This document shows, one piece after another, positions 46,258 through 56,939 of a stretch of DNA of 64,000 nt. Below the pieces are notes generated by a model. It saw only the letters and a list, made by a program, of their open reading frames with translations, did not search any database and was not told where the DNA came from. The number at the start of each line of letters is the position of its first letter. Positions within the stretch are counted from its first letter, which is position 1. A program made the translations under genes and the position numbers. The DNA is from Nocardioides sp. (GTDB lineage: Bacteria > Actinomycetota > Actinomycetes > Propionibacteriales > Nocardioidaceae): the NCBI RefSeq assembly GCF_050699375.1, contig NZ_JBOHDN010000104.1, positions 1,151-65,150 of the forward strand, written 5' to 3'.

Positions 46258-47310
46258 ATGCCGCTGAAACTGACCGTTGACGCCGACCGTTGGCGCAAGC
46301 ACGTCCAGACCTTCGCCGAGGCGACCCCCGGCCTGGTCCCGGTCGCGAAGGGCAACGGCTACGGCCTCACCCTGCGCAAGCTCGCCCACCAGACCGAGTG
46401 GCTCAATGGCCTCGGCACCGGCGTCGAAACGCTCGCGGTGGGCACCTACAACGAGGTGTGGGAGGTGGCGACCAGGTTCAGCGGCTCGATCTACGTCCTC
46501 ACCCCGTGGCGTCCCTACTCCCCCGAGATCAACCCGGAGATCGCCGACCGGGTGATCCACACGATCAGCCGCCCCGAGGACCTGCCGCTGCTGCTCGAGC
46601 GGCAGCCGAACGCACGGGTGATCCTCGAGCTGGTCACCTCGATGCGCCGTCATGGCATGACGCCGAGCGACCTGTGGCCGAGCGCCACCATCGCCCGCGA
46701 GCACGCTCGCTTCGAGGGCATCACCATGCACTTCGGCCTCGACGGCGGGAGCCTCGCCGAGGTACGCGCCCAGATGGACGCCGTCGTCGGCGCCGAGGCC
46801 AAGGCGGTCTGGGTCTCCCACCTGAGCGCCAACGAGCTGGCCCAGCTGCGTGCCTCCTACGGCGACATCACCTTCCGCCCACGGGTCGGCACCGCGCTGT
46901 GGCTCGGCGACCGCGACGCGCTCCACGTGACCGCGACCGTCGAGGACGTGCACCCGCTGGAGCGTGGCTATTCCTACGGCTACCGCGGCCGCACGTCGAT
47001 GCGCGCCGGCCACCTGGTGGTCGCCACCGGTGGCACCGCCCACGGGATCGGGCTCGAGGCTCCGCTGGGCGACACCCACCTGCGCTCACGCGCCGTCGCC
47101 GTCGCCCGGGGCGGCCTCGACGCCATCGGCCAGTCCCGCTCGCCCTACACGCTCGACGGCAAGGCGCTCTGGTTCGCCGAGCCGCCGCACATGCAGGAGT
47201 CGATGCTCATGCTTCCCTCCGGCGCACGCGTGCCCGAGGTCGGCGAGGAGCTCGAGGTGCGGGTGCGCTACACCGCGACCTCGTTCGACGAGATCGTCCT
47301 GGAGTCCTGA
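46258..47310 (+). CDS. alanine racemase-fold (PLP, fold type III) family protein
   Basis: 350 aa. ..LVPVAKGNGYGL.. resembles the PLP-lysine block of alanine racemases. Starts 3 nt after the FemX-like stop. Confidence 0.65.
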   Translation: MPLKLTVDADRWRKHVQTFAEATPGLVPVAKGNGYGLTLRKLAHQTEWLNGLGTGVETLAVGTYNEVWEVATRFSGSIYVLTPWRPYSPEINPEIADRVIHTISRPEDLPLLLERQPNARVILELVTSMRRHGMTPSDLWPSATIAREHARFEGITMHFGLDGGSLAEVRAQMDAVVGAEAKAVWVSHLSANELAQLRASYGDITFRPRVGTALWLGDRDALHVTATVEDVHPLERGYSYGYRGRTSMRAGHLVVATGGTAHGIGLEAPLGDTHLRSRAVAVARGGLDAIGQSRSPYTLDGKALWFAEPPHMQESMLMLPSGARVPEVGEELEVRVRYTATSFDEIVLES

Positions 47311-48701
47311 CCCACTCTCGCCTCGGTCCACCGGACCGGGTCGCGCCACGGCTCGTAGATCTCGCGCACCACGACCGAGACCAGGTAGACCTCCGCCGCC
47401 ACCCGGGCGAGGATCGCGAACCAGTACGCCGGCTGGTCACCGGCCCCGCTGGCCAGCAGATCCGCGAGATACCACCAGACCGCGACGAAGTAGAAGAGCT
47501 CACCGGCCTGCCAGATGAGCTGGTCACGCCAGCGCGGCACGGCGAGGACGGCCAGCGGCAGCAGCCAGAGGACGTACTGCGGTGAATACACCTTGTTGAC
47601 AAGCAGGAACCCGGCGACGATCAGGAAGCCGAGCTGCGCCAGCCGCGGTGTCTCGCGGGCGGTCAGACCGATGATGAGTACGCCGCTGCACCAGGCGATG
47701 AAGAAGGCCCAGGAGACGAGGTTGACCGTCTGGGCCGAGATCGTCGCGTCGGTGGCCTGCTGGGCCACCAGCCACAGCGAGCCGAGGTCGGGGCCGCGCT
47801 CGGAGTTGAAGCTCCAGAAGACCTTCCACTGCTCCAGCCCGGTCGCCATCGCGGGCATGTTGGCCAGCACCCAGGCGAGGATCGTCGCCAAGGACGCGAC
47901 CGCCAGGTCGTAGTAGCGGCGGCGCCGGACGCAGATCACGACCAGCCCGCCGAGCAGGAAGAGCGGATAGAGCTTGGTCGCGCAGCCGAGCCCGATCAGG
48001 ATGCCGGTCAGCAGCGGCCGGTCGCGCGACCACGCCCAGAGCGCACCGGCGACGAAGACCACGGCCAGCATGTCCCAGTTGATGACCCCGGTCGCCGCCA
48101 GCACGGGAGCGAGCGCGAACGCGGCCGCGTCCCAGGGCCGTCGGGGATGCGTACGGGCCAGGAGCCAGACGGAGAGCAGGGCCGCGACCGCGAACCCGAC
48201 CACGTTGACGATCATGAAGACCCGGATCTCGTGGTGCATGCCGTCCAGGTCCCAGAAGCCCGAGGTCTCCTCGAGATGGCGCTCGTCCTCGTCCGGGGTG
48301 TCGCTGAGCCAATCGGTGACGTACGACGTCGCCCAGGCGTAGTAGGAGATGCCGACCGGATACTCCATCACCTGTGGGTAGCGCGCCCGGACCTCAGGAT
48401 CGGAGGCGTAGGGCCATTCCTTCTCGGCCAGACCGCGGTCGACGTAGAGATAGGGCAGGTCGGAGTAGCAGAAGTTGGTGTATCTGCTCTCGCCGTTGGT
48501 CCAGGTGGCGTTGTAGCAGGTCTGTTTGGACACCATCCCGATCGCGAAGGTGAGTGCGGTCAGAAGCAGCAACAGGCCGACGGCGCTGAACCAGCGCCGT
48601 CGGCCGTGTGCGAGTCCCCCGAGCGGACCGCCCACGGCGGTGGAAGCGGTCTTGACGACCGGATCCTCCGCCGCCGGGGCGGTCACTGGACCATCAGTCA
48701 C
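47268..48701 (-). CDS. polytopic membrane glycosyltransferase, GT87/DUF2029-like (position equivalent to mycobacterial Rv0051 next to ponA1)
   Basis: 477 aa with about 11 TM segments. The GTG start overlaps the PBP stop (GTGA). The family call rests on topology and synteny. Confidence 0.65.
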   Translation of the reverse strand: MTDGPVTAPAAEDPVVKTASTAVGGPLGGLAHGRRRWFSAVGLLLLLTALTFAIGMVSKQTCYNATWTNGESRYTNFCYSDLPYLYVDRGLAEKEWPYASDPEVRARYPQVMEYPVGISYYAWATSYVTDWLSDTPDEDERHLEETSGFWDLDGMHHEIRVFMIVNVVGFAVAALLSVWLLARTHPRRPWDAAAFALAPVLAATGVINWDMLAVVFVAGALWAWSRDRPLLTGILIGLGCATKLYPLFLLGGLVVICVRRRRYYDLAVASLATILAWVLANMPAMATGLEQWKVFWSFNSERGPDLGSLWLVAQQATDATISAQTVNLVSWAFFIAWCSGVLIIGLTARETPRLAQLGFLIVAGFLLVNKVYSPQYVLWLLPLAVLAVPRWRDQLIWQAGELFYFVAVWWYLADLLASGAGDQPAYWFAILARVAAEVYLVSVVVREIYEPWRDPVRWTEARVGQDSRTISSNEVAV

Positions 48702-51550
48702 TGCGTAGTGCCCTCTTCGGTGGCTGGGTTGTTGCCACCGCCATTATTGCCATCAGCGGGCGGCGAGGACGACTCACAATCGCCGAACCAGTCGCAGGCG
48801 GTCTCGGTGGGATTGGGCTCGGTCGACTCGGACTCGTCCGGCGTCGACGGGTCCTGGCCCGGCCAACCATCTGTCGGCTCGCCAGTCGGCTCGTCGCTCT
48901 CCTCGGGCTCCTCGATCGGGATGCAGAGGCCCTTGCGCTCGTCCTTCTTGGAGCAGTCCTTCGACGGCGTGGGAGTCGGGTCCGGCGTCGCGGTCAGCGA
49001 CGGAGCGTGGCCGTCCTCCGGGGCCTCGCCATCCATCCAAGCGGGCTCGGGGAACTCCTCGATGTCCATGTCATCGGTCAAGGTGCCCATGATCTCCGCC
49101 CAGGTCTCAGCCGGATAGCTGGCGCCGTAGTAGGAGTCGAGCCAACCGTCCAGCCGGCCGTTACCGGAGCCGCGGACATACATCACGGCGGTTGAGAGCT
49201 GCGGCGTGTAGCCGGCGAACCAGGCCGAGGAGACGTACGACTCGTCGCCCGAACCCATGGTCGCGGTGCCCGTCTTGCCGGCAGCAGGTTGCGCGATCAC
49301 CCCGGCCGACTTTCCGGTGCCGTTCTTGACGACCTCCTGGAGCGAGTACGAGGTGTCGTCGGCAGCGTCCTCGGACATCGCCCGCTCCTCGCCGTCGCGC
49401 TGGTTCCACTCGTAGACGACCTCGCCCTCGGCGTCGACGACCTTCGAGACGACGTGCACGGTGTTGCGTACGCCGCCGTTGGCGATGGTCGCGAACGCGT
49501 TGGCCATGTTGACCGGGCTGACCTGCGCCTTGCCCAGGGTGACCAGGTAGTCGGTCGGGTCCATGTCGGGCGAGTAAGCCGGCATCGAGCGGTAGTCGGC
49601 GGGTGCGTCGTTCGCCGACTGCTCCATCGGGGGGATGCCGGCCTTGACGGCCTGCTCCCATACGTCCTTGTGGTTGTTGGGCAGCGCCTGCGACATCTCG
49701 ACGAAGGAGGTGTTGATCGACTCCTCCATCGCCTTGATCCCGGTCACGTACTCGCCATACGAGTGACCGGTCGGGTCCGCGTCGGACTGACCGGAGTTTC
49801 GGACGACCAGCTCGGTGCCGGGGATCTCCATACCGCCCTCACCGGTCCAGGTGTCCTTCAACGAGTAGCCGGCGTCGAGTGCCGCCGCCATGGTGAACGG
49901 CTTCATCGTCGAGCCCGCCATGCCACCGTTGGCCGCCCAGTTGATCTGGGACTTGAGGTAGTCCTGGCCGCCGTAGAAGCCCTTCAGGGCGCCGGTCTTC
50001 ACGTCGACGGTCGCTGCTCCGACGTGAAGGGCGTTCTTCTCGTTCTTCTCGTTGACCGACTTCTTGTCACCGGGACGTACGTCGTTGACGGCGTTCTCCG
50101 CGGTCTTCATGGCCTTCGAGCTGAGCGTGGTGGTGACCTTCAGACCCTTGCTGTCGATCTCCTCCTCGGTGAAGAGGGGCTCGCCCTTCTCGTTCTTCAG
50201 GGACTTCAGCTCGGTCTTCACCAGCGTGAGCGCGTGACCCTTCTGGCCACCGAGGCGGCTGTCGGCGCGCGGCTTGGGGAACTTGGGCAGCGCTGCCTTG
50301 GACTTCTCCAGGGTGGCCTCGTCGTACTCGCTGAGCGCCTTACCCTGCGCCTTCAGGTCGGCCATGCCCTTGAGGACGTACTGGTAGCGACCCAGCAGCT
50401 CGGTGCCGCCGGCGTCCTTGCCGGACTTCTCCGGGTCGAACCCGTTCGGGTTGTTGAGGATCGCGGTGAGCGCCGCGGCCTCCTTGATGTTGAGGTCCTT
50501 GGCCGACTTGCGGAAGTAGGTCTTCGCCGCGGCCTGGACGCCGTACGCACCGCGGCCGAAGTAGACGGTGTTGAGATAGCCGGTGAGGATCTCGTCCTTG
50601 GACTCCTGCCGGCTGATCTTGAGCGAGATGACCGCTTCCTTGACCTTGCGGGAGTAGGTGCGCTCCTGAGTCAGGTAGAGGTTCTTGACGTACTGCTGGG
50701 TGATCGTCGAGGCGCCGCCCTGGCTGCCGGTGGTGGCGTTGGAGAAGAGGGTGCGGGCGATGCCCTTGAGGTCGATGCCGTTGTTCTCGTAGAAGCTGCG
50801 GTCCTCGGCCGCCACAGCGGCGTCCTTCACGAGGTCCGGCATCTCGTCCACGCTCAGCGCGTCACGGTTCTGGTCGCCCGCCTGGAAGCGGCCGACCTCC
50901 TTCTTGCCGCCGGCGTAGTAGACGAAGCTCGACTCGGCCTGGAACGCCTCGTTGGCGCTGGGGACCGAGATCATGTTGTAGGAGATGATCACCGCGGCGC
51001 TGCCGATCAGCGCCATGACCAGGGCGAAGATCGCCGCGACCTTCCCGATCCTGACCGCCAGGCCCTTCTTGTCCCGGTCGGGGTCGCTGAACCGGTCCTT
51101 CAGCCCGTCGAGCCGGCTGCCGTGACGGCCGGGGCCGTTCGGACGGGGGCCGGCGGGTCGCTGACCGAGCCGGTCGACCGGGGGCTCACCGGGACGGCGA
51201 GGTCCCGGATAGGGCGGGCGCTGACCGGGACGGCCGCCACCGGGGGGCATCGGCGGCTGGGCCGAGCCTCGGGGCGGGGGCTGCGGGCGGCCGCCGGGAC
51301 GCGGGCCCTGCGGAGCACCCTGAGGCCCACCTTGGGGCCCACCTCGGGGACCGCCCTGGGGGCCACCTTGGGGGCCGCCCTGCGGTCGGCGTGGGGCAGG
51401 TGGACGACCGGCACCGCCGGACGGACCACCCTGCGGAGGGCGCGGTCCACCCCGGGGTCGTCCTTGGAGCCCACCGAGATCGGATCTGCGGGGGCTGGGC
51501 CTGCGCGGGTTGGGCCTTTGCGAAAAGCCGCCGCCGGTTGGGTCGCTCAC
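48698..51550 (-). CDS. ponA: class A penicillin-binding protein (transglycosylase/transpeptidase) with Pro/Gly-rich N-terminal tail and acidic C-terminal tail
   Basis: GT51 motifs EDRSFYENNGID and GASTITQQ. TP motifs STMKP, SxN, KTGT. GTG 51550 with AGGAGC upstream preferred over the ORF start at 51724. Confidence 0.9.
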   Translation of the reverse strand: MSDPTGGGFSQRPNPRRPSPRRSDLGGLQGRPRGGPRPPQGGPSGGAGRPPAPRRPQGGPQGGPQGGPRGGPQGGPQGAPQGPRPGGRPQPPPRGSAQPPMPPGGGRPGQRPPYPGPRRPGEPPVDRLGQRPAGPRPNGPGRHGSRLDGLKDRFSDPDRDKKGLAVRIGKVAAIFALVMALIGSAAVIISYNMISVPSANEAFQAESSFVYYAGGKKEVGRFQAGDQNRDALSVDEMPDLVKDAAVAAEDRSFYENNGIDLKGIARTLFSNATTGSQGGASTITQQYVKNLYLTQERTYSRKVKEAVISLKISRQESKDEILTGYLNTVYFGRGAYGVQAAAKTYFRKSAKDLNIKEAAALTAILNNPNGFDPEKSGKDAGGTELLGRYQYVLKGMADLKAQGKALSEYDEATLEKSKAALPKFPKPRADSRLGGQKGHALTLVKTELKSLKNEKGEPLFTEEEIDSKGLKVTTTLSSKAMKTAENAVNDVRPGDKKSVNEKNEKNALHVGAATVDVKTGALKGFYGGQDYLKSQINWAANGGMAGSTMKPFTMAAALDAGYSLKDTWTGEGGMEIPGTELVVRNSGQSDADPTGHSYGEYVTGIKAMEESINTSFVEMSQALPNNHKDVWEQAVKAGIPPMEQSANDAPADYRSMPAYSPDMDPTDYLVTLGKAQVSPVNMANAFATIANGGVRNTVHVVSKVVDAEGEVVYEWNQRDGEERAMSEDAADDTSYSLQEVVKNGTGKSAGVIAQPAAGKTGTATMGSGDESYVSSAWFAGYTPQLSTAVMYVRGSGNGRLDGWLDSYYGASYPAETWAEIMGTLTDDMDIEEFPEPAWMDGEAPEDGHAPSLTATPDPTPTPSKDCSKKDERKGLCIPIEEPEESDEPTGEPTDGWPGQDPSTPDESESTEPNPTETACDWFGDCESSSPPADGNNGGGNNPATEEGTTQ

Positions 51551-51880
51551 GGGTTTGCACTGCTCCTGTGACTGCCCGGCACGTGACCGGACGGGCTGAC
51601 ACTGACAATCCCCCGACGTCGCTGGATCCCCCCGAAGAGATCCCATCAACCTGACGCGACGCTTGCCGGACGTTCCCCGCGGTGGATCCACGGGTGGGCG
51701 AACGGCAGCCATCAGCGTACGCAATCGACGCTAGCGCCCATGCATCCACGCCCAGCGCGCCCCAAGTCACCCGACGTCAACAGTTCGGTGACGGTTGCAT
51801 CGAAGTGGCCATTTCGGGCGTATTCAGACAAGACTTTGGTCTCTATTTGCCGTCATGGATATATCGGTACGATAGGTCGC

Positions 51881-52564
51881 ATGGCACGTCGCGCAGAGAC
51901 GATCGAGCTCGCAGTCCTTGGGCTGCTGCACGAGACGCCTATGCATGGCTACGAGCTGCGCAAGCGGCTCAACCTGATGCTCGGCTGGGGTCGGGTGCTG
52001 TCGTACGGCTCGCTCTACCCCGCCCTGAAGAAGATGCTGCGCAAGCACCTCATCGAAGAGGAGGCGCAGACCGTGACGCCGGTGACCCGGCGGCCGCGGA
52101 TCGTCTACCAGCTGACGCCTGCCGGCGAGCGTGAGTTCACCCAGCTCATGTCCGAGGTCGGACCGATGGCTTGGGAGGACGACAACTTCGACATCAGGTT
52201 CGCGTTCTTCGGTCGCACCGACATGGAGATCAGGCTGCGAGTCCTCGAGGGACGACGCAGCCGGCTCCAGGAGCGCCTCGACCGAGTCCAGCGCGAGCTT
52301 GCCATGACCCAGAAAGAGGTCGACTCCTACGCCCGCGAGCTTCAGCGCCACGGTGTCGAGTCAGTCGAGCGAGAGGTCAGATGGCTCTCCTCGCTGATCG
52401 ATGCCGAGCGCAACCCCAAGCCTGCGAACGACGAGCGGGCAACGGGACGCAGGGGTCTGGGGAATGACGATGACGTCCGCGACGAAGCGGACGTCTCGCG
52501 CACCGCGCCGCAGTACGGAACACGCAAGGGTGCAGCGCACAGCAGCCAAGAGGATGAGAAATGA
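51881..52564 (+). CDS. PadR-family transcriptional regulator
   Basis: ..[33 protein letters not shown].. ATG 51881. Confidence 0.85.
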   Translation: MARRAETIELAVLGLLHETPMHGYELRKRLNLMLGWGRVLSYGSLYPALKKMLRKHLIEEEAQTVTPVTRRPRIVYQLTPAGEREFTQLMSEVGPMAWEDDNFDIRFAFFGRTDMEIRLRVLEGRRSRLQERLDRVQRELAMTQKEVDSYARELQRHGVESVEREVRWLSSLIDAERNPKPANDERATGRRGLGNDDDVRDEADVSRTAPQYGTRKGAAHSSQEDEK

Positions 52565-52608
52565 CCTCCTCACCGGTGAGCCGGTCAGGAGAATTGGAAG
52601 GAGCCCCG

Positions 52609-53691
52609 ATGGGTTCGGTTCGTGTAGCAATCGCGGGAGTCGGCAACTGCGCCAGCTCCCTGGTCCAGGGTGTGGAGTACTACAGGGACGCCGACCCGGC
52701 GGGCAGCATCCCGGGCCTGATGCACGTCAAGTTCGGCGACTACCACGTCTCTGACGTCGAGTTCGTCGCTGCCTTCGACGTCGACGACAAGAAGGTCGGC
52801 AAGGACCTCTCCGAAGCGATCGACGCCTCCGAGAACAACACCATCAAGATCGCCGACGTCCCGTTCAAGGGCATCGAGGTCCAGCGTGGTCCCACGCTCG
52901 ACGGTCTGGGCAAGTACTACCGGCAGACCATCTCCGAGTCGGGCCTCGACCCCGTGGACGTGGTCTCGGTGCTCCGTGAGAAGGAGGTCGACGTCCTCGT
53001 CTCCTACCTTCCGGTGGGCTCGGAGGAGGCGGACAAGTTCTACGCGCAGTGCGCGATCGACGCGGACGTCGCCTTCGTCAACGCGCTGCCGGTCTTCATC
53101 GCCTCCGACCCCGAGTGGGCCGCGAAGTTCGAGGCCGCGGGCGTCCCGATCGTCGGTGACGACATCAAGTCGCAGGTCGGTGCCACCATCACCCACCGCG
53201 TCATGGCCAAGCTGTTCGAGGATCGTGGCGTCGCGCTGGACCGCACGTACCAGCTCAACGTCGGCGGCAACATGGACTTCAAGAACATGCTCGAGCGTGA
53301 GCGCCTGGAGTCCAAGAAGGTCTCCAAGACCCAGGCCGTCACCTCGAACCTCAAGGGCGAGCTGGCCGACAAGATCGACGATCGCAACGTACACATCGGT
53401 CCCTCGGACTATGTGCAGTGGCTCGACGACCGCAAGTGGGCGTACGTCCGGCTCGAGGGTCGCGCGTTCGGTGATGTCCCGCTCAACCTGGAGTACAAGC
53501 TCGAGGTCTGGGACTCGCCAAACTCCGCGGGCATCATCATCGACGCCGTGCGTGCCGCCAAGATCGCCAAGGACCGTGGCATCGGCGGCCCGATCATCCC
53601 GGCCTCGGCCTACCTCATGAAGAGCCCGCCGGTGCAGATCGAGGACACCGAGGGTCGCGTCCAGCTGGAGGCGTTCATCAGAGGCGAGTGA
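52609..53691 (+). CDS. ino1: myo-inositol-1-phosphate synthase
   Basis: [25 protein letters not shown].. and a full-length match to the actinobacterial Ino1 pattern. GGAAGGAG upstream. Confidence 0.95.
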   Translation: MGSVRVAIAGVGNCASSLVQGVEYYRDADPAGSIPGLMHVKFGDYHVSDVEFVAAFDVDDKKVGKDLSEAIDASENNTIKIADVPFKGIEVQRGPTLDGLGKYYRQTISESGLDPVDVVSVLREKEVDVLVSYLPVGSEEADKFYAQCAIDADVAFVNALPVFIASDPEWAAKFEAAGVPIVGDDIKSQVGATITHRVMAKLFEDRGVALDRTYQLNVGGNMDFKNMLERERLESKKVSKTQAVTSNLKGELADKIDDRNVHIGPSDYVQWLDDRKWAYVRLEGRAFGDVPLNLEYKLEVWDSPNSAGIIIDAVRAAKIAKDRGIGGPIIPASAYLMKSPPVQIEDTEGRVQLEAFIRGE

Positions 53692-53706
53692 CCCTCTGCC
53701 GCTGAC

Positions 53707-53735
53707 CTGCCCCGGGTGCCTGGCACCCGGGGCAG
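53707..53735. terminator. bidirectional hairpin terminator (14-nt perfect arms CTGCCCCGGGTGCC / GGCACCCGGGGCAG)
   Basis: Read directly, between the convergent ino1 (+) and ABC permease (-) genes. Confidence 0.8.
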
Positions 53736-53755
53736 TCGCATGTCCGGTCGCGTCC

Positions 53756-54982
53756 TCAGAAGCGGATCGCGTCGATGATCCGTACGCGGGCGGCGATCAT
53801 CGCCGGGAGGATGCCGGCGAGCGCACCGACGGCGAGGGCGACCGCGAGACCGAGGAAGGCGGCGGAGAGAGGGAAGGGTGGGACGTCGTCGATGCCTTGG
53901 AGGACCAACTTCTCGACCCACGGGTTCTTGATGGCGGCGACGGCGAGCATCACGCCGACGACACCGGCGACGAAGGTCGCGACCACGCTCTCCATCATCA
54001 CCGAGAAGAAGACGCGGCCGGTGGTGGCGCCGAAGCTGCGCCGGATGCCGATCTCGCGGATCCGCTGCTGGATGGTCACCAGCGCGATGTTGAGCAGGCT
54101 GAGCGCGCCGAGGAGCAGGATGATCCCGGCGATCCCGATGACGATCCACTTGACCGGGCCGAGCGGGTCCTCTCCGCCCCAGGCGAGATAGTCCTCGCGA
54201 CCGGCGTTCACGCTCAGTCCAGGCAGCTCCGCCCGCATCGCTCGGCTGATCTCCTCCGCGAGCTGGTTGGCACCCTTGACCGGCACCCACATCTCGTACG
54301 ACACTTCCGGAGCCGTCGTCCCGAACCACCGCTCGTGCACGTCCGGGTGCAGGTAGACCTGCCCACGCCGGGAGTCGCCGCCGCGCGAGGCGATCCCCAC
54401 CACGGTCGCGGTCACGGTCGTGCCCCTGCCGGTCAGGTCGATCGTGAACGGCAGCGGGGTATCGGTCAGGCCGAGCTTCTTCACCAGCGACGGGCTGACC
54501 ACCACGGTCGGTGAGAGGTTCTCACCATCGGCCTCGGTCAGCCACCGCCCCTCGGGTACGACCACCCGGTGGATCGCCGCATAGTCCGGGTCGACGGCGG
54601 CCAGGTCGAGGTTCATCTGCTGCCCGGCGTACGTCGCCTTGAACTCGTATTCGGAGATCCGCATCGAGGCGTACGTGATGTCGAAGTCCTCCACGACCTT
54701 CTCGAACGCGGGGCGGATCCGCTCGGACGGGATGGGGTTGCCGGTTCGGTCGTCGTAGCCGTGGACGACGATCCGGGCGGGCCGGCCCTCGCGCTCGTAC
54801 TGCTCGACGAGCACCTGCTCGCCGATGGTCGCAACCGCGACCGTCGCGGTGATGGAGGCGACCGCGACCGCGACCCCGATCAGGGAGAGCAGCACCCGGA
54901 GACGGTGGATGCGCAGCTCCTGCCAGGCCTCGACCGTGGCTGCGGCGAAGCCCGAGAACCCGTCGCCGAAAGCCCGCTTCAT
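53756..54982 (-). CDS. ABC transporter permease, MacB/FtsX-like with periplasmic domain
   Basis: 408 aa. One N-terminal TM segment, a large extracytoplasmic domain and a C-terminal FtsX 3-TM bundle. Its start overlaps the ATPase stop. Confidence 0.85.
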   Translation of the reverse strand: MKRAFGDGFSGFAAATVEAWQELRIHRLRVLLSLIGVAVAVASITATVAVATIGEQVLVEQYEREGRPARIVVHGYDDRTGNPIPSERIRPAFEKVVEDFDITYASMRISEYEFKATYAGQQMNLDLAAVDPDYAAIHRVVVPEGRWLTEADGENLSPTVVVSPSLVKKLGLTDTPLPFTIDLTGRGTTVTATVVGIASRGGDSRRGQVYLHPDVHERWFGTTAPEVSYEMWVPVKGANQLAEEISRAMRAELPGLSVNAGREDYLAWGGEDPLGPVKWIVIGIAGIILLLGALSLLNIALVTIQQRIREIGIRRSFGATTGRVFFSVMMESVVATFVAGVVGVMLAVAAIKNPWVEKLVLQGIDDVPPFPLSAAFLGLAVALAVGALAGILPAMIAARVRIIDAIRF

Positions 54983-55680
54983 GCCGTTACCTCGTCGAGG
55001 ACGTGCAGCTCGCCCTCGGCCAGCCGGTAGTGCCGTCGGGCCATCGCGGCGACGCTGGGATCGTGGGTGATCGTGATGAGCGCGGCGCCGGAGTCGTAGG
55101 TCGCCTTGTCCAGCAGGTTCATCACCAGCTCCCCGGTCTCGACGTCGAGCGCGCCGGTGGGTTCGTCGGCCAGCACGACAGACGGGCGTCGCACCAGGGC
55201 GCGGGCGATCGCGATGCGCTGCTGCTCGCCGCCGGACATGTGGTGCGGCATCGCGTCGAGCCGGTCACCGAGGCCGACCTGGTCGAGCATCTCGGAGGCG
55301 ATCCGCCGGCGTTGCCAGAACTCGCGACCGGTGGCGTAGAGCAGCGGCGCCATCACGTTCTCTATCGCGGTACGCCCCGGCAGCAGGTTGAACTGCTGGA
55401 AGACGAACCCGATGTCGCGGCCTCTTATTCGTGCCGCCGCGCGGTTGCCGATGGCGGACAGGTCCTTGCCGGCCCAGTGCAGGCTCCCGCCCGTGGGTCG
55501 GTCGAGCAGCCCGAGCAGGTTGAGCAGGGTCGACTTGCCGGTGCCCGATCGGCCGATGATGCCGATGTGGTCGCCGCGGCGTACCTCCAGATCGACGCTC
55601 GTCAGGATGTGCAGGTCCTGGCCGTCGGGGAGCTCGACGGTGCGGGCGACCCCCTCGAGGCGGAGGAGCTCCTCCCTCAT
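54979..55680 (-). CDS. ABC transporter ATP-binding protein (MacB/LolD-type)
   Basis: Walker [13 protein letters not shown], signature MSGGEQQR, Walker [12 protein letters not shown] 55680 overlaps the adaptor stop (ATGA). Confidence 0.9.
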   Translation of the reverse strand: MREELLRLEGVARTVELPDGQDLHILTSVDLEVRRGDHIGIIGRSGTGKSTLLNLLGLLDRPTGGSLHWAGKDLSAIGNRAAARIRGRDIGFVFQQFNLLPGRTAIENVMAPLLYATGREFWQRRRIASEMLDQVGLGDRLDAMPHHMSGGEQQRIAIARALVRRPSVVLADEPTGALDVETGELVMNLLDKATYDSGAALITITHDPSVAAMARRHYRLAEGELHVLDEVTA

Positions 55681-56771
55681 CCGTACATCATCTCTTCCTC
55701 GCCCCGGGGCTCCGGCTTCGAGCCGGGGACGTAGCGCTGCACCCGGTCGCCCACCTTCAGCCCGCTGGTGACCTCGACCTGCTTCCCGTCGGTCTCGCCG
55801 AGGGTGACGGGATGCTCGGTCGGCGTACCGTCCTCGCCCAGGAGCCACACGGTGCCGTCACCGAAGAGGCCCTTGACGCTGGTGACCGGGATGACGACGA
55901 CGCCTGCGTCGGACTTGCCTGCATTGATCGACATCGTCATCTTCAGGCCGTCGTAGACGGTGACCTTCCGTGGCACGACGCAGGCGATCCTGGACCCGGC
56001 CGCGGACTCGCTCTCACCCTCCGGCATGCCCATCTCTTCGCCGCCCTCGGGTTCGGCCTCGATGGTCTCGGTCGCGGCCTCGCCGACGGTGAGGTTGGTG
56101 CAGGTGAACGGCTTGGGTCCACCCTCGATCTCCACCGTCGCCTTCTCGGGGGCGCCGGCGAGCCGGTAGCGGTCGAGCGGTGTGATCGCGCCGACGGCGT
56201 GGAAGGTCTGGCGCCGGACCGAGACCACGACAGCGTCCTCGGCGGTCTCCTCCAGCAGGTCCGTGGCGTACGTCCCCACGACGCCGGCCGCGGGCGCGAC
56301 GACGGTGAACCAGCGGTACGTCGGCTTCGCCGGCGGCTCCGGGTCCTCGGCAGGCTGGTTGCCCTGCTCTGCCGGCTCCTCGGTGTCCGGTTCTGCCTCC
56401 GGCTCGGCGTCCGCCTCCTCCGGCCCGGTGACCGTCTCCTCTTCCACGCGGATCTGGAAGAGCTTGTCGCCCTTCTTGACCTCCGCCCCGGAGTCGACAT
56501 ACCTGTGCACCAGCACGCCGCTCGCCGGTGCCGTCACCGCGACCGGCTTGTCGATCACGATCGTCCCGTCGACCGTCAGCGAGTTGGCGATCATGCCCTT
56601 CTCGGCGACGACCTCCTCGGCCGGAGCCTTCCCGGTCGGCGTCAACGGGCTCTCGTCCGCATCGACATCGCTGCCGGTGAACGCCAGCTTGAACAGGCTG
56701 ATCGCGACCACCAGGCCGATCAGCAACCACAGCGTGCGGAATACCGCCCGACGCATCCCGACCTTTGACAT
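55677..56771 (-). CDS. periplasmic adaptor / membrane-fusion (HlyD/MacA-like) protein with acidic low-complexity insert
   Basis: N-terminal TM anchor, barrel-sandwich-like segments, an EEADAEPEAEPDTEEPAEQ insert. First gene of a three-gene coupled operon. Confidence 0.65.
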   Translation of the reverse strand: MSKVGMRRAVFRTLWLLIGLVVAISLFKLAFTGSDVDADESPLTPTGKAPAEEVVAEKGMIANSLTVDGTIVIDKPVAVTAPASGVLVHRYVDSGAEVKKGDKLFQIRVEEETVTGPEEADAEPEAEPDTEEPAEQGNQPAEDPEPPAKPTYRWFTVVAPAAGVVGTYATDLLEETAEDAVVVSVRRQTFHAVGAITPLDRYRLAGAPEKATVEIEGGPKPFTCTNLTVGEAATETIEAEPEGGEEMGMPEGESESAAGSRIACVVPRKVTVYDGLKMTMSINAGKSDAGVVVIPVTSVKGLFGDGTVWLLGEDGTPTEHPVTLGETDGKQVEVTSGLKVGDRVQRYVPGSKPEPRGEEEMMYG

Positions 56772-56939
56772 GGGCGGACGGTATACCGGTTCACCGGATG
56801 TTCACATGCGTATATCTCGCGTCGCTCCAGATCTTTTCCGAAACTCGGCCCGAGATGCGACTCGAACACCTGTTCCACCCAATAGAGTACCCGGGCTCGA
56901 GAACCCCCAGCTGACCTCATTCACCGGGAGTCCCCCACC

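Noticed and set aside
44788-47079. Upstream 760 codons or so of the 964-aa minus-strand ORF 44185-47079
   Set aside because: Only the last 200-229 codons look like a protein (the ECF sigma). The rest is antisense to the well-supported FemX-like and racemase-fold genes, and its translation is Arg/Gly/Ala/Val-rich. This is a typical shadow ORF of high-GC DNA.
49289-51571. 760-aa plus-strand ORF
   Set aside because: It is antisense to the class A PBP gene, which carries all transglycosylase and transpeptidase motifs. Shadow ORF.
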